DNA of 64,000 bases from Parcubacteria group bacterium Gr01-1014_8 (GCA_007376385.1 VMGC01000001.1:192001-256000), one strand, 5' to 3'; positions 40,657 through 50,984 are shown, counted from the stretch's first letter. Made by a program: numbers and translations. Notes: generated from the sequence alone by a model not told the origin.

Positions 40657-41937
40657 ATGATCAGTGTTCAACTACAGCCGCTAACTGGCCCCGCCAATAC
40701 GAGCGTCGATATACCCGGCTCTAAAAGCTATACAAACCGCGCACTCCTCATGGCGACGATGTGCCGTGAGGCTGTTCGGATCCTTAAACCGCTGGTGAGT
40801 GACGACACGAGGGCGATGCTCAACTGTTTAAAGACTCTTGGTATCAAGGTTGAGGAAAAGAGCGACGAGATAACGGTGATAGGGCATATAACGGACGTGA
40901 AGAATCAGGACTACGAACTTGATGCCGACCTCTCAGGCACAACGATTCGATTTATGCTCGCCCTTTCATGTGTTTTGCCCGGTGTTCAAACATTGGTTGG
41001 AAAAGAAGGTCTCAACAAGCGCCCTATCAAGGATCTCGTTGATGGTCTTAGACAGCTCGGTGCAAAGATAGAATACCTTGAAAAAGAAGGCTTTCCGCCT
41101 CTTCGAGTTTCTTCGTATGAATTGAATCCCGGGACTATCCGCCTGAAGGGAGGGGTAAGCAGTCAATTTTTGTCTGCCATTTTGATGATTGTTCCGCAGG
41201 TGGGGGATGTCACGCTCGAGGTCGAGGGTGAGCAAATATCAAAGCCCTACATAGACATGACAATAGATACTATGTCGCGCTTCGGTGTATCAGTTGCTAA
41301 TTTGAACTACCAGCGGTACCGCGTCTCGGTTGGACAGGTCTACCAAGGTACTGAATATACGGTCGAAGGGGACGTTTCGAGCGCTTCGTACTTCGCTGCG
41401 ATTGCCGCGCTCACGAAGTCTCGCATAACGCTCGCGAACATGAATCCGCAGTCCGTGCAGGCTGACATGCATTTTTTTCACATTCTTGAGGACATGGGCG
41501 CGTCTGTCAGCTATGAGAAAGACAGAATAGTCGTGGTGGGAAATGGCGTGATGCCAATGGAAGTAGATATGGAAAATTGTCCCGACCAGGCTCAAACAAT
41601 GGCGGTTCTCTCTGCGTTTGCTCCGGGCGTAACGAAACTTTCTGGGGTGCGCTCGCTTCGTCTGAAAGAGACAGAAAGGGTGAAAGCGCTTGAAGCGGAG
41701 CTTGCGAAGATGGGCATCAAGACCGAATCAACTGAAGATATGCTCACGATATACGGAGGTTCGCCAAAAGCCGCAGCAATAGACACCTACGGCGACCACA
41801 GGATGGCAATGTCTTTCGCGGTTGCGGGGGCAATGCTTGATGGCATGCAAATAAACGATTTCGGCGTTGTAGGAAAGACATTTCCTCAATTTTGGGAGAA
41901 ACTCGAATCAATTGGAGTCGGAGTAAAAAGGGTATGA
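40657..41937 (+). CDS. aroA: 3-phosphoshikimate 1-carboxyvinyltransferase (EPSP synthase)
   Basis: 426 aa; PGSKSYTNRALL, LRLKETERV, GDHRMAMSFAVAG. Confidence 0.88.
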   Translation: MISVQLQPLTGPANTSVDIPGSKSYTNRALLMATMCREAVRILKPLVSDDTRAMLNCLKTLGIKVEEKSDEITVIGHITDVKNQDYELDADLSGTTIRFMLALSCVLPGVQTLVGKEGLNKRPIKDLVDGLRQLGAKIEYLEKEGFPPLRVSSYELNPGTIRLKGGVSSQFLSAILMIVPQVGDVTLEVEGEQISKPYIDMTIDTMSRFGVSVANLNYQRYRVSVGQVYQGTEYTVEGDVSSASYFAAIAALTKSRITLANMNPQSVQADMHFFHILEDMGASVSYEKDRIVVVGNGVMPMEVDMENCPDQAQTMAVLSAFAPGVTKLSGVRSLRLKETERVKALEAELAKMGIKTESTEDMLTIYGGSPKAAAIDTYGDHRMAMSFAVAGAMLDGMQINDFGVVGKTFPQFWEKLESIGVGVKRV

Positions 41938-42458
41938 ATATCGTACTCATCGGAATGCGCGGGAGCGGTAAATCGACTGTTGCAAAAATGCTTGCGAAGA
42001 AGCTTGGCCGGAAATATATGGAATTGGACGACGAGATAGCCAAAAAAGCCGGCGCGCGCATCTCTGAAGTCGTGGAGCAGCAGGGTTGGAATTATTTCCG
42101 CGTGAGAGAAGCGGAGGTAGTCGAAGAAGCTGCTGCAGTAGACAATACGGTCATCTCCACCGGGGGTGGTGTTGTCTTGCAGAGTAAAAACGTTCAAGCA
42201 TTGAAGAAAAACGGTATCTGTATCTTTTTAAGCGCGCCAATCGAGGAACTGCTTCCACGCATTGGTGAATCGTCTACCAGACCGCGGCTTACAGGTGCAA
42301 AGACGATGAAAGAGGAATTGGAGAAAGTATGGGAAGAGCGCAAGCCGTTGTACGAAAAAGCAGCGGACGAGACTATTGATACTACAGGCATGAAACCGAA
42401 AGATATTGCCGAGGAAATAGTGCAGAGACTTAAAAAGAAGCATATAGTGCAAATCTGA
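41934..42458 (+). CDS. aroK: shikimate kinase
   Basis: MNIVLIGMRGSGKSTVAKMLA Walker A motif. Internal start chosen to overlap aroA stop (ATGA). Confidence 0.8.
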   Translation: MNIVLIGMRGSGKSTVAKMLAKKLGRKYMELDDEIAKKAGARISEVVEQQGWNYFRVREAEVVEEAAAVDNTVISTGGGVVLQSKNVQALKKNGICIFLSAPIEELLPRIGESSTRPRLTGAKTMKEELEKVWEERKPLYEKAADETIDTTGMKPKDIAEEIVQRLKKKHIVQI

Positions 42459-42459
42459 T

Positions 42460-43542
42460 ATGGCAGGAAATTCATTCGGACAACTTTTTAGAATAACGAC
42501 ATTTGGTGAATCGCACGGCGGGGCTGTTGGGGTTGTACTGGATGGATGTCCGCCGGGGATTCAAATAACCGAAGAAGAAATCCAAATTCAGCTCGACCGT
42601 CGGAAGCCGGGGCAAAGTCATATCACGACGTCTCGCAAAGAGGCAGATAAAATAAAGATACTTTCTGGCTACTATGAGGGAAAAACGACTGGGACACCGA
42701 TACTTCTTATCGCATACAACGAAGATGCTAAGTCGGGGGATTACAAGGAACTGATGAAAGCGTACCGCCCGTCGCATGCAGATTACACGTACGAAGCAAA
42801 ATACGGCTTCCGCGATTGGCGTGGAAGCGGCCGCGCTTCGGCGCGCGAGACGCTTGCGCGCGTAGCAGCCGCGGCGATTGCACAGAAATATCTACAAGAA
42901 AAAGAGGGAATTGAGTGCCTGAGTTTCGTTGAACAAGTCGGCGACATCAAGGCGGATGTTGATGTTGAGAAAGTGCAGATGAAAGACATAGAATCCAACA
43001 TCATTCGATGTCCCGACCAGAAAGTGGCGGAGAAGATGATCGCGCTTGTTGAGAAAACGAAAGCAGAGGGTGATTCCATCGGCGGTATCATTCAGGGTGT
43101 TATTCGTGGCGTGCCAGCGGGCCTAGGCGAGCCGGTATTCGATAAAATTCCTGCTGACCTTGCGAAAGCAATGTTAAGCATCAATGCAGTCAAGGGATTC
43201 GAAATGGGGCTTGGGTTTCGAAGCGTCGGCATGAAAGGAAGTCAGCACAACGACCCGATGGAAATCCGTGATGGGAAAATTCGGACGAAAAAGAATGACG
43301 CCGGAGGCACATATGGTGGCATTTCAAGCGGCGAAACGATTCATTTCCGCGTTGCGTTCAAACCTGTCTCAACTATTGCAAAAGAGCAGGACACTGTCAC
43401 AACTGAAAAGAAGGCAACAAAACTTGCAGCCGCCGGTCGCCACGACCCGTGCGTCCTCCCCCGCGCCGTCCCCATCGTCGACGCCATGTCCGCGCTCGTC
43501 ATCATGGATCACTATCTTCGCAACAAGGCGCAAAATAAGTAG
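42460..43542 (+). CDS. aroC: chorismate synthase
   Basis: 360 aa; FGESHG, GRSSARET-like (GRASARETLARV), GRHDPCV. Confidence 0.88.
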   Translation: MAGNSFGQLFRITTFGESHGGAVGVVLDGCPPGIQITEEEIQIQLDRRKPGQSHITTSRKEADKIKILSGYYEGKTTGTPILLIAYNEDAKSGDYKELMKAYRPSHADYTYEAKYGFRDWRGSGRASARETLARVAAAAIAQKYLQEKEGIECLSFVEQVGDIKADVDVEKVQMKDIESNIIRCPDQKVAEKMIALVEKTKAEGDSIGGIIQGVIRGVPAGLGEPVFDKIPADLAKAMLSINAVKGFEMGLGFRSVGMKGSQHNDPMEIRDGKIRTKKNDAGGTYGGISSGETIHFRVAFKPVSTIAKEQDTVTTEKKATKLAAAGRHDPCVLPRAVPIVDAMSALVIMDHYLRNKAQNK

Positions 43543-43554
43543 TACAATTTCCGA

Positions 43555-44058
43555 ATGAGCATGGAAGGCGGACCAAAACCTAGGAAAGGAATTCTTTCTG
43601 GTTTACAGAGATGGCTTGAACAACGAAAAGAACGAATAACGCTTGAAGAGGTAAGAGATCACTTGAGCTTTAATCTGTGGAAAACAGCCGATGCGGTGTG
43701 CACAGAAATCTTGGAAAATCGATTAGCGCAAGGCCGCACAGCTCCTAAATACACGAAGCTTAATCTCGATCGATCAAATTACTCTGAGTGGCAGTCGTAT
43801 TTTGATATGCGTTCGAGAACATCGAACTTTTGCATCCGCTTGTTTTCGATGAGGGAAGCGGATGTTAAGCAAGAAAATGAACTTACAGATCAGGAAAGGC
43901 AATGGGCTCGAACAGGTCCATCAGATGACGATCGCAGAAAGACTTATTTTGCTAATACTGGACATCATATCCCGTATTTTCGGCTTGTTCGAGGAGGTAG
44001 TCGACGTCGTGTTGAACAAAGTGAAGGAGATTCGTCGCCGATTACGGTTAAATCTTAA
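43555..44058 (+). CDS. hypothetical protein
   Basis: 167 aa ORF at the end of the trp/aro operon, charged; no motif. Confidence 0.4.
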   Translation: MSMEGGPKPRKGILSGLQRWLEQRKERITLEEVRDHLSFNLWKTADAVCTEILENRLAQGRTAPKYTKLNLDRSNYSEWQSYFDMRSRTSNFCIRLFSMREADVKQENELTDQERQWARTGPSDDDRRKTYFANTGHHIPYFRLVRGGSRRRVEQSEGDSSPITVKS

Positions 44059-44064
44059 TTTGAT

Positions 44065-44889
44065 CTATAATTTCAGTTGAGACATCGTTTTTTCCACCGC
44101 GGAAATCTTCTTGTTCTTCTTTAGGGCGACAACAAACACACTTCCTGCGATCACAATATCCGCTACTTTGGACAAATCTTTTACATCCTTTTTTGACTTA
44201 ACACCGAATCCAACGGCCACGGGAAGTTCAGAAGTGCTTCGCAGTGTTTTTATAAATGCGGGCAAATCGGACGCAAACACACTTGTTGCTCCGGTGATTC
44301 CTTGTCGCGTTGTGCAGTACCAGAACCCCGTTGCGTCTTTTGCGAGCGTTTCAAGGCGTTCCTTTGGAACGCCGGGGGATACAACAGGAATTAATGCAAT
44401 ACCAGCTGCCTTGCACGTCGCAAGCAGAGACCAGCCTTCCATCGTGTCGAACGGACAATCTGGAACAATTAATCCGACCGCCCCAGCGTTGGAGATGGTC
44501 TTGATGAATTTTGGGATGCCCATCCGGTAAATAGGGTTGGCGTAAGTCATCACAACGACCGGCTTCTTGAATTTCGCAACCTTTTTTACGACTTCTAGAG
44601 CTTTTTTGACTGTCGCGCCTTTCTTGAGCGCCTCTTCGCACGCGACCGCAATTGTTGGGCCATCAGCCATTGGGTCGGAGAAGGGGATTTGCACTTCGAT
44701 AATATCTGCTCCACCTTTGGCGAGTGCCTTTGCGACCTGGATGGATTCAGAAATCGTCGGAAGCCCCGCGATCATGTGCGCCATGAAAAGAGATTTTTTC
44801 CCTCTGTTTTCCAATAAAACCATCAAGGCGACGCCTTGATGGTTTTTCTCAATGGAAGTTGTCATTCTAGTCATAGCGGTTGTATTCAT
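44065..44889 (-). CDS. trpA: tryptophan synthase alpha chain
   Basis: Motifs PFSDPMADGPTI, CTTRQGITGA. Start may be the internal MVLLEN... at ~44823. Confidence 0.85.
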   Translation of the reverse strand: MNTTAMTRMTTSIEKNHQGVALMVLLENRGKKSLFMAHMIAGLPTISESIQVAKALAKGGADIIEVQIPFSDPMADGPTIAVACEEALKKGATVKKALEVVKKVAKFKKPVVVMTYANPIYRMGIPKFIKTISNAGAVGLIVPDCPFDTMEGWSLLATCKAAGIALIPVVSPGVPKERLETLAKDATGFWYCTTRQGITGATSVFASDLPAFIKTLRSTSELPVAVGFGVKSKKDVKDLSKVADIVIAGSVFVVALKKNKKISAVEKTMSQLKL

Positions 44890-46078
44890 CTTTGAGGAAG
44901 TCTCTGAAGCTTTTGTCTTTGAAGGCGCGGGCGAAGTTGAAAAGGTCTTTGTCGCCGCGGCCGGAGAGTGTAGCGACGATGATGTGATCCTTTTTCATTT
45001 TTGGGGCGATTTTTATCACATGTGCAAGTGCGTGCGCGCTCTCGAGCGCGGAAATTACTCCTTCGAGTTTCGCGAAGAAATCTACCGCCGCAACCGCTTC
45101 TGTATCCAGCGCATACGTAAGTTCCAAGCGCCCTTCTTGGTAGAGGTCTGCGAGTTCGGGACCAAGTCCTGGGTAATCGAGTCCGGCGGAAATAGAATGC
45201 GTGGGCGCAATTTGACCGTCGTCCGTCTGCAGAAAGAGAGATTTGTATCCCTGAAATATCCCCAACACTCCTGCTATTTTTCGGGATGCATGCTGTCCAA
45301 CCTTTTTTCCAATTCCTCCCGCCTCCACTCCTATCAATCGCACTGAAGATTCAGGCACAAAGTCATAAAAACTGCCGATGGCGTTTGAGCCTCCGCCGAC
45401 GCAGGCAACGACTACATCCGGGAGCTTGCCTTCGCGCTCCTGTAGTTCAGAACGAATTTCTCGTCCAATGATGGATTGGAAGTATCGGTTCATTTCGGGA
45501 TATGGTTTTGGGCCAAGCACGGAGCCGATGCAGTAATGCGCTTTCTCAAGATTTTCCATCCAGAATTTTAGCGCCTCGTTCACCGCGTCTTTCAGAGTCT
45601 TGCTTCCGTATTCAACGGGAATTACTTTCGCACCGAGTCGTTCCATCAAGAATACATTTGGTCTCTGGCGGCGTATGTCTTCGTTTCCCATGAATACTAC
45701 ACACTCAAGTCCTAGTTTTGCCGCTACCGTTGCTGTTGCGACGCCGTGTTGTCCTGCGCCAGTTTCTGCGATGAGCATCTTTTTGCCCAGTTTTTTCGCC
45801 AGGAGCCCTTGTCCGAGGCAGTGCGTTATCTTATGAGCACCAGTATGGTTTGCGCCCTCGTTCTTCAGATATATCTTCGCGCCGCCAAGTTTCTTCGTTG
45901 CCCGCTCTGCAAAAATGAGGGGAGTAGGACGGCCAGAAAAATTCTTTAAGAGGTCTCTGAATTCCTTTTGGAACTCGGGGTCTCTTTTTGCTTTCTCAAA
46001 TGCGGCGATAAGCTGCTGCAGGGTCTCCCATAGCATTTCGGGTATATATGCTCCGCCGAATGTCTCACGCTCTGTCAT
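44867..46078 (-). CDS. trpB: tryptophan synthase beta chain
   Basis: 403 aa; LKNEGANHTGAHKITHCLGQ (PLP Lys), GGGSNAIG. Confidence 0.9.
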   Translation of the reverse strand: MTERETFGGAYIPEMLWETLQQLIAAFEKAKRDPEFQKEFRDLLKNFSGRPTPLIFAERATKKLGGAKIYLKNEGANHTGAHKITHCLGQGLLAKKLGKKMLIAETGAGQHGVATATVAAKLGLECVVFMGNEDIRRQRPNVFLMERLGAKVIPVEYGSKTLKDAVNEALKFWMENLEKAHYCIGSVLGPKPYPEMNRYFQSIIGREIRSELQEREGKLPDVVVACVGGGSNAIGSFYDFVPESSVRLIGVEAGGIGKKVGQHASRKIAGVLGIFQGYKSLFLQTDDGQIAPTHSISAGLDYPGLGPELADLYQEGRLELTYALDTEAVAAVDFFAKLEGVISALESAHALAHVIKIAPKMKKDHIIVATLSGRGDKDLFNFARAFKDKSFRDFLKDEYNRYD

Positions 46079-46863
46079 ATCATTGCTTTCTGAAGTTCTC
46101 GTATCTTCTCGAGGGGGTCATTAGACTCCAGAATCGCAGTTCCAACAAGGATTCCTCGGACGCCGGTTTTGCGAACACGAAGCACATCATCAGCCGTGTA
46201 AATTCCTGATTCACTCACGACGGGTATGTCTTTGGGGATGGAGTTCATCAGCGTTTCTGTTGTGCTGAGGTCTATTTCCATAGTTCGGAGGTTGCGGTTG
46301 TTGATGCCGATGAGTTTTGCATTCGCTTCTATCGCCTTTTTCACATCTTCTTCGTCGTGCACTTCAACGAGACTTCCGATGCCAAGCGATTCTCCAAGGG
46401 ATATGAGTTCAGCGAGCTTGTCTTTCTCAAGCACCGCTGCGATGAGAAGAAACGCATCGCCACCCCCGGCAAGTGTTTCGTAGACCTGGTATTCATCAAC
46501 GATAAAATCTTTTCTTAGAATTGCTTGCGGAACTTTTTCTCGCACGTGCTGCAACAATTCAAGACTCCCGCCGAAATATTTGTTGTCAGTAAGAACGGAA
46601 ATCGCGTCCGCTGCACTTTCGGCGTACAGTTCTGCAACTTTGAGCGGGGAATCGATGAGTTTACCGGCGGAAGGAGAGCGCGGCTTTATCTCTGCAATGA
46701 GAACGCTTGATCCGGGGTCGCTAAATCGCGAGCGAAATGGTCTCGCTTTTCGGTATTGTTTTTGCTCCGATATACGTGCTCGCAAGACCTCAAGCGGCAC
46801 TTTCTTCATCCTCTCTTCCAGTTCGGAGCGGGTATTAGATACTATTTCATCGAGTACTGTCAT
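46075..46863 (-). CDS. trpC: indole-3-glycerol phosphate synthase
   Basis: 262 aa; LIAEIKPRSPSAG, GINNRNL. Overlaps trpB start. Confidence 0.85.
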   Translation of the reverse strand: MTVLDEIVSNTRSELEERMKKVPLEVLRARISEQKQYRKARPFRSRFSDPGSSVLIAEIKPRSPSAGKLIDSPLKVAELYAESAADAISVLTDNKYFGGSLELLQHVREKVPQAILRKDFIVDEYQVYETLAGGGDAFLLIAAVLEKDKLAELISLGESLGIGSLVEVHDEEDVKKAIEANAKLIGINNRNLRTMEIDLSTTETLMNSIPKDIPVVSESGIYTADDVLRVRKTGVRGILVGTAILESNDPLEKIRELQKAMI

Positions 46864-46935
46864 GCTCGGCTATTATAGTGATTATCACGAATTTACCTAG
46901 CGTTTTAGCCCTTTGCAGTCTACGATGGAGCATTC

Positions 46936-47574
46936 ATGGTTAAGGTGAAGATCTGCGGCAATACGAGCAAGGAAACTGCGCTTGCCGCGCTTTCGTATGG
47001 TGCAGATATGCTTGGATTCATTGTGAATGTTTCTGGATCAAAGACTTCCATAACGCCAGAGCAGGCGCGTGAAATTATTTCTGCGCTGCCGTCTGGCGAG
47101 ACTGTGGTGGTTACAACTGCAACAGATGCTCAGGAAATAAAAAGACTTGCACAGGAAACTGGCGTTTCAACAATTCAATACCATGGTGAAGTGTCACCGG
47201 AGACAATTGCAAAGATAAAAGATGAGCTACCGAATATCGCCGCGTGGAAAGTAATCCATGTGAAAGATGAGAGTGCGATTGATGAAGCAAGGAAATATGA
47301 AAGTATCGTAGACGCGATACTTTTGGACACAGCACAGGGCGGCCAAATCGGCGGAACTGGTACTACGCATGACTGGAATATTAGCCGCATAATTGCAGGT
47401 GATTATTCCAAACCGATCATCTTGGCCGGGGGACTGAATCCAGACAATGTGGAGGAAGCAATACGGGTCGTGAAGCCCTATGCGGTAGACGTGAACTCCG
47501 GTGTTACTAACTCGGATGGCTCAAAGGACCTTGAAAAAGTGAAGCTTTTCATAGAACGTGCAAAGGGCAAATGA
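46936..47574 (+). CDS. trpF: phosphoribosylanthranilate isomerase
   Basis: 212 aa; MVKVKICGNT...GFIV, LAGGLNPDNV. Confidence 0.8.
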   Translation: MVKVKICGNTSKETALAALSYGADMLGFIVNVSGSKTSITPEQAREIISALPSGETVVVTTATDAQEIKRLAQETGVSTIQYHGEVSPETIAKIKDELPNIAAWKVIHVKDESAIDEARKYESIVDAILLDTAQGGQIGGTGTTHDWNISRIIAGDYSKPIILAGGLNPDNVEEAIRVVKPYAVDVNSGVTNSDGSKDLEKVKLFIERAKGK

Positions 47575-47592
47575 GGCCTTAAAATCGTCGCT

Positions 47593-47620
47593 TGACAGGG
47601 GTCGCAAGTCGACTATACTG
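47593..47620 (+). promoter_or_regulatory. sigma70-like promoter TTGACA-N16-TATACT
   Basis: cTTGACAggggtcgcaagtcgacTATACTg. Followed immediately by hairpin plus T7 (47627-47650) and a second hairpin gaccctcctgtgaggagggac. Confidence 0.35.
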
Positions 47621-47626
47621 TCCTGA

Positions 47627-47671
47627 ACTACCGACCTCGGTGGTTTTTTTGACCCTCCTGTGAGGAGGGAC
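47627..47671 (+). terminator. tandem hairpins after trpF (ctaccgacctcggtggttttttt; gaccctcctgtgaggagggac)
   Basis: First has T7 tail. The second is a perfect 6-bp stem. Confidence 0.5.
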
Positions 47672-48340
47672 AGAAGGCTTGAACTTTGACAACTGAATAT
47701 GAAAAATTGTACGCAAAACCAAAAAAGAAATTGGTAAGTAAAATTGTTGCCGGCGCTCGCTCGGAATTGAAAATTTATTTTCATTTCGCTCGCTCGCATG
47801 GGCAATAAGAATTCTTGTTGTTCTCAAGTTAGGAACAATAAGACACACACAAAAGCAAGAAAACAGAAAATACATATTGAGGTTCCAGGAGGATCTCATG
47901 TGTAAGTAAACAGTAATAACGAGACAAAAGATCCCCCAAGGGGACTGCGACTTTCTACGATTCAAATGAATCGTGAAAGTCGGGAGATATACATTCTTTT
48001 GTTTCGTCCATCCTAGAGATATTGAAGCAATTCAAATTCTTGAAAGTGGTGTAAAAACCATTTTTACTTAGAGTTTGATCCTAGCTCAGGGTGAATGCTG
48101 GCGGTATGGATAAGGCATGCAAGTCGAATGGGTTAGACCCATGGCAGACGAGGTAGTAACAGGTAGGTACGTCCCCGGAAGTCGGGCATAACCAGCCGAA
48201 AGGTTGGATAATTCCCGATGGTCTCGCAAGAGTAAAGATTTATCGCTTCCGGAGCGGCCTGCTTTGTATCAGCTTGTTGGTGAGGTAACGGCTCACCAAG
48301 GCTATGACGCATAGGGGACCTGAGAGGGTGACCCCCACCG

Positions 48341-48377
<37 letters not shown>

Positions 48378-48891
48378 TGCAGCCGAGAATATTCGACAAT
48401 GGGCGAAAGCCTGATCGAGCGATACCGCGTGGTGGATGAAGCGCTTCGGCGCGTAAACACCTTTTATGAGGGAAGAAATTTTGACGGTACCTCATGAATA
48501 AGGGGCTCCTAACTCTGTGCCAGCAGGAGCGGTAATACAGAGGCCCCAAGCATTACCCGGAATTACTGGGCGTAAAGGGTGCGTAGGTGGTCATATTAGT
48601 CGCCTGTTAAAACCCACGGCTCAACTGTGGAACCGCGGGCGAAACGGTATGACTAGAGAGAGTGAGAGGTGAATGGAACTCATGGTGTAGGGGTGAAATC
48701 CGTTGATATCATGGGGAACACCGAAAGCGAAGGCAATTCACTGGCACTTTTCTGACACTCAAGCACGAAAGCGTGGGTAGCGAACGGGATTAGATACCCC
48801 GGTAGTCCACGCCCTAAACGATGATCGCTGGATTTGGGGAGTATCGACCCTCTCCGAGTCGAAGCTAACGCGTTAAGCGATCCGCCTGGGT

Positions 48892-48923
<32 letters not shown>

Positions 48924-49386
48924 AGACGGGGGCTTGCACAAGTGGTGGAGCGTGTGGCTCAATTCGTCGCTAAGCGAAGAACCTTACCAGGGCTAGAAAT
49001 CCAGCTGCATACTTTGGGAAACCTTAGTAGCCTTCGAGGGTGCTGGACAGGTGATGCATGGCTGTCGTCAGTTCGTGGTTTGAATCGTTCCCTTCAGTGG
49101 GGTAACGAACGCAACCCTCGTTGCCTGTTATATTTGTCAGGCGAGACTGCCCCCTCACGGGGGAGGAAGGTGAGGATGACGCCAAGTCAGCATGTCCCTC
49201 TGATGTCCTGGGCTGCACACGCGCTACAATCGCCGTTACAACGAGGCGCAACGTCGTAAGACCGAGCAAATCTTTCAAAAGCGGCGCCAGTTCGGATTGA
49301 GGTCTGCAACCCGACCTCATGAAGCCGGAATCACTAGTAATCGCGGGTCAGCCACACCGCGGTGAATACGTTCTCAAGCCTTGTAC

Positions 49387-50231
49387 TCACAATAAAAGCG
49401 CACAGCAGTGTACATATCTATGCGGTTAAAATCCGCACCTCTCTTTCGTACAGAGAGCGTAGCAGAAGGATAGTTGTTATCCGCGAGGATGATAATGGAG
49501 GATCCTAATGCAAAGAGCAGCCATTTCGCACAAAAGCCGACCGACCTGTCAATGGGTGGTGAGGATAGGGAAGGTCCTAGAAAGGCAAGAAAATGGATGC
49601 CTAGAACAGATACGCACATAACCTGTGGAGATCTGACGCTGTTATCCCAAAGATGGGATATGATGAATCTGACGCAGCGTCAGAAGTCAGCTGAGTCATA
49701 GTATTTGCAGATATGCAAAAAAGGACTCACTCAAAGCAAAATCTTAGTCCAGATTATGTTGTTGGACTCGTAGATGGTGAAGGAAGCTTTACTGTCTACG
49801 TAAGAAATCCAGACATAGAGAAAAAAGTCGCTCGAAGAGTGGTTGTAGAGCCAAAATTCTACATAAAACTAATCGAACGCGACAAAGATATTCTCTATGC
49901 ACTTCGAGATTTCTTCGGATGTGGAAGTATTTACTTCCAAAAAGATAATCGTCCGAATCATCAACATTGCTATCGTTACGAGGTCTTCCGGTGGGAAGAA
50001 CTTCAAACGATAATCATTCCGTTCTTCAAGCGGCACGTTCTCAAATTCGCGTCAAAACGGCACGACTTTGAAGTGTTTTGCATGATGATGGAGCTTCTCA
50101 AAAAAGAAGCACATCGAACGGAAAAAGGACTACGAGAGTTGTTTAAGTTGAAACAACGCATGCATTGAGCTCGCGTAGTGCGGGAAATCCGCTCGCTACG
50201 TGGGAACATCAATTCTTAGATTCAAGAAGAT
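49387..50231 (+). mobile_element. intron-like insertion in 16S (after CTTGTAC, ~E. coli 1392) carrying a LAGLIDADG gene
   Basis: Interrupts the universally conserved TTGTACACACCGCCCGTC. Contains ORF 49713..50168. Confidence 0.65.
49713..50168 (+). CDS. LAGLIDADG homing endonuclease (intron-encoded)
   Basis: 151 aa; YVVGLVDGEGSFTVYV motif. Similar architecture to the 12820..13320 protein. Confidence 0.85.
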   Translation: MQKRTHSKQNLSPDYVVGLVDGEGSFTVYVRNPDIEKKVARRVVVEPKFYIKLIERDKDILYALRDFFGCGSIYFQKDNRPNHQHCYRYEVFRWEELQTIIIPFFKRHVLKFASKRHDFEVFCMMMELLKKEAHRTEKGLRELFKLKQRMH

Positions 50232-50480
50232 AATCGCCCGTCAACTCAGGGAAGCCGGGAGTGTCCGAAGCACATACTCGTTATGTACCAAGGCAAACTC
50301 GGTGACAAAGAGTAAGTCGTAACAAGGCACGGCTAGCGGAAGCTGGTCGTGGATTCATTCAAAATTGATTTCGATTTTCAGGTTCGCCTGATAATCGGAG
50401 CAGTCGATTTCTGTATCTCGATCGAGTACAGAAGAAGGTATGACATTGATCCTCAAACATGTCGGACAACTTGGAAAGAC

Positions 50481-50600
50481 AAGTGGATAATGGACGGAAC
50501 AAAAGAGTGTGTATATAGATCAGGTTATAGGTTACAGCTTGTAGCTTGTAGGAAATGCGAACAAACAAAAACGCCGACTCGATATGAGCACGGCGTTTTT
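50481..50600. repeat. hairpin-ended intergenic repeat, copy 1
   Basis: aatggacggaacaaaagagtgt ... caaaaacgccgactcgatatgagcacggcgttttt; shares both ends with copy 3. Confidence 0.75.
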
Positions 50601-50620
50601 GCGTGTGCTAGATTAATGCC

Positions 50621-50968
50621 ATGGGAGGCGTACCATTTGGAGTTTTTACACTGTGGGGGGTGCTCATGCTCCTTGTTGTGATTTTTCTTGAAAAGTTTGG
50701 GGAAATGTCTCCAATCGTCGCTTTTTTCGTGGTTCCTGTTTTAACTGTAATTATTGCGTTTCGAGTTGCAAAAATACTCGAAAGTATTATTCCTGAAAAT
50801 GTACCTCGCTATGAGAATGTATTGATGCGGCGTTGGTATGGAAGCCGTCTCGATGATTTTTTAATGTATATTGTTGGTGGACCGGTAAATTTTGCTCTGA
50901 TACTAGGGACCGCGATAGTTCTCGGTGTTTTTCTATTGATATATTTCACAACCGGGTCATTCTTTTAA
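50621..50968 (+). CDS. small membrane protein (3 TM)
   Basis: 115 aa, strongly hydrophobic helices. Confidence 0.5.
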   Translation: MGGVPFGVFTLWGVLMLLVVIFLEKFGEMSPIVAFFVVPVLTVIIAFRVAKILESIIPENVPRYENVLMRRWYGSRLDDFLMYIVGGPVNFALILGTAIVLGVFLLIYFTTGSFF

Positions 50969-50984
50969 CTCGGCAGGGAAAAGA

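Noticed and set aside
44852-46124. Plus-strand ORFs (44852..45346, 45286..45471, 45600..45836, 45915..46124) overlapping trpB/trpC
   Set aside because: They are antisense to strongly supported trpB/trpC and have no motifs.
47686-47712. Second sigma70 promoter (TTGACA at 47686) for 16S
   Set aside because: No acceptable -10 hexamer at 16-18 nt spacing. It is retained only as part of the shared CTTTGACAACTGAA box observation.
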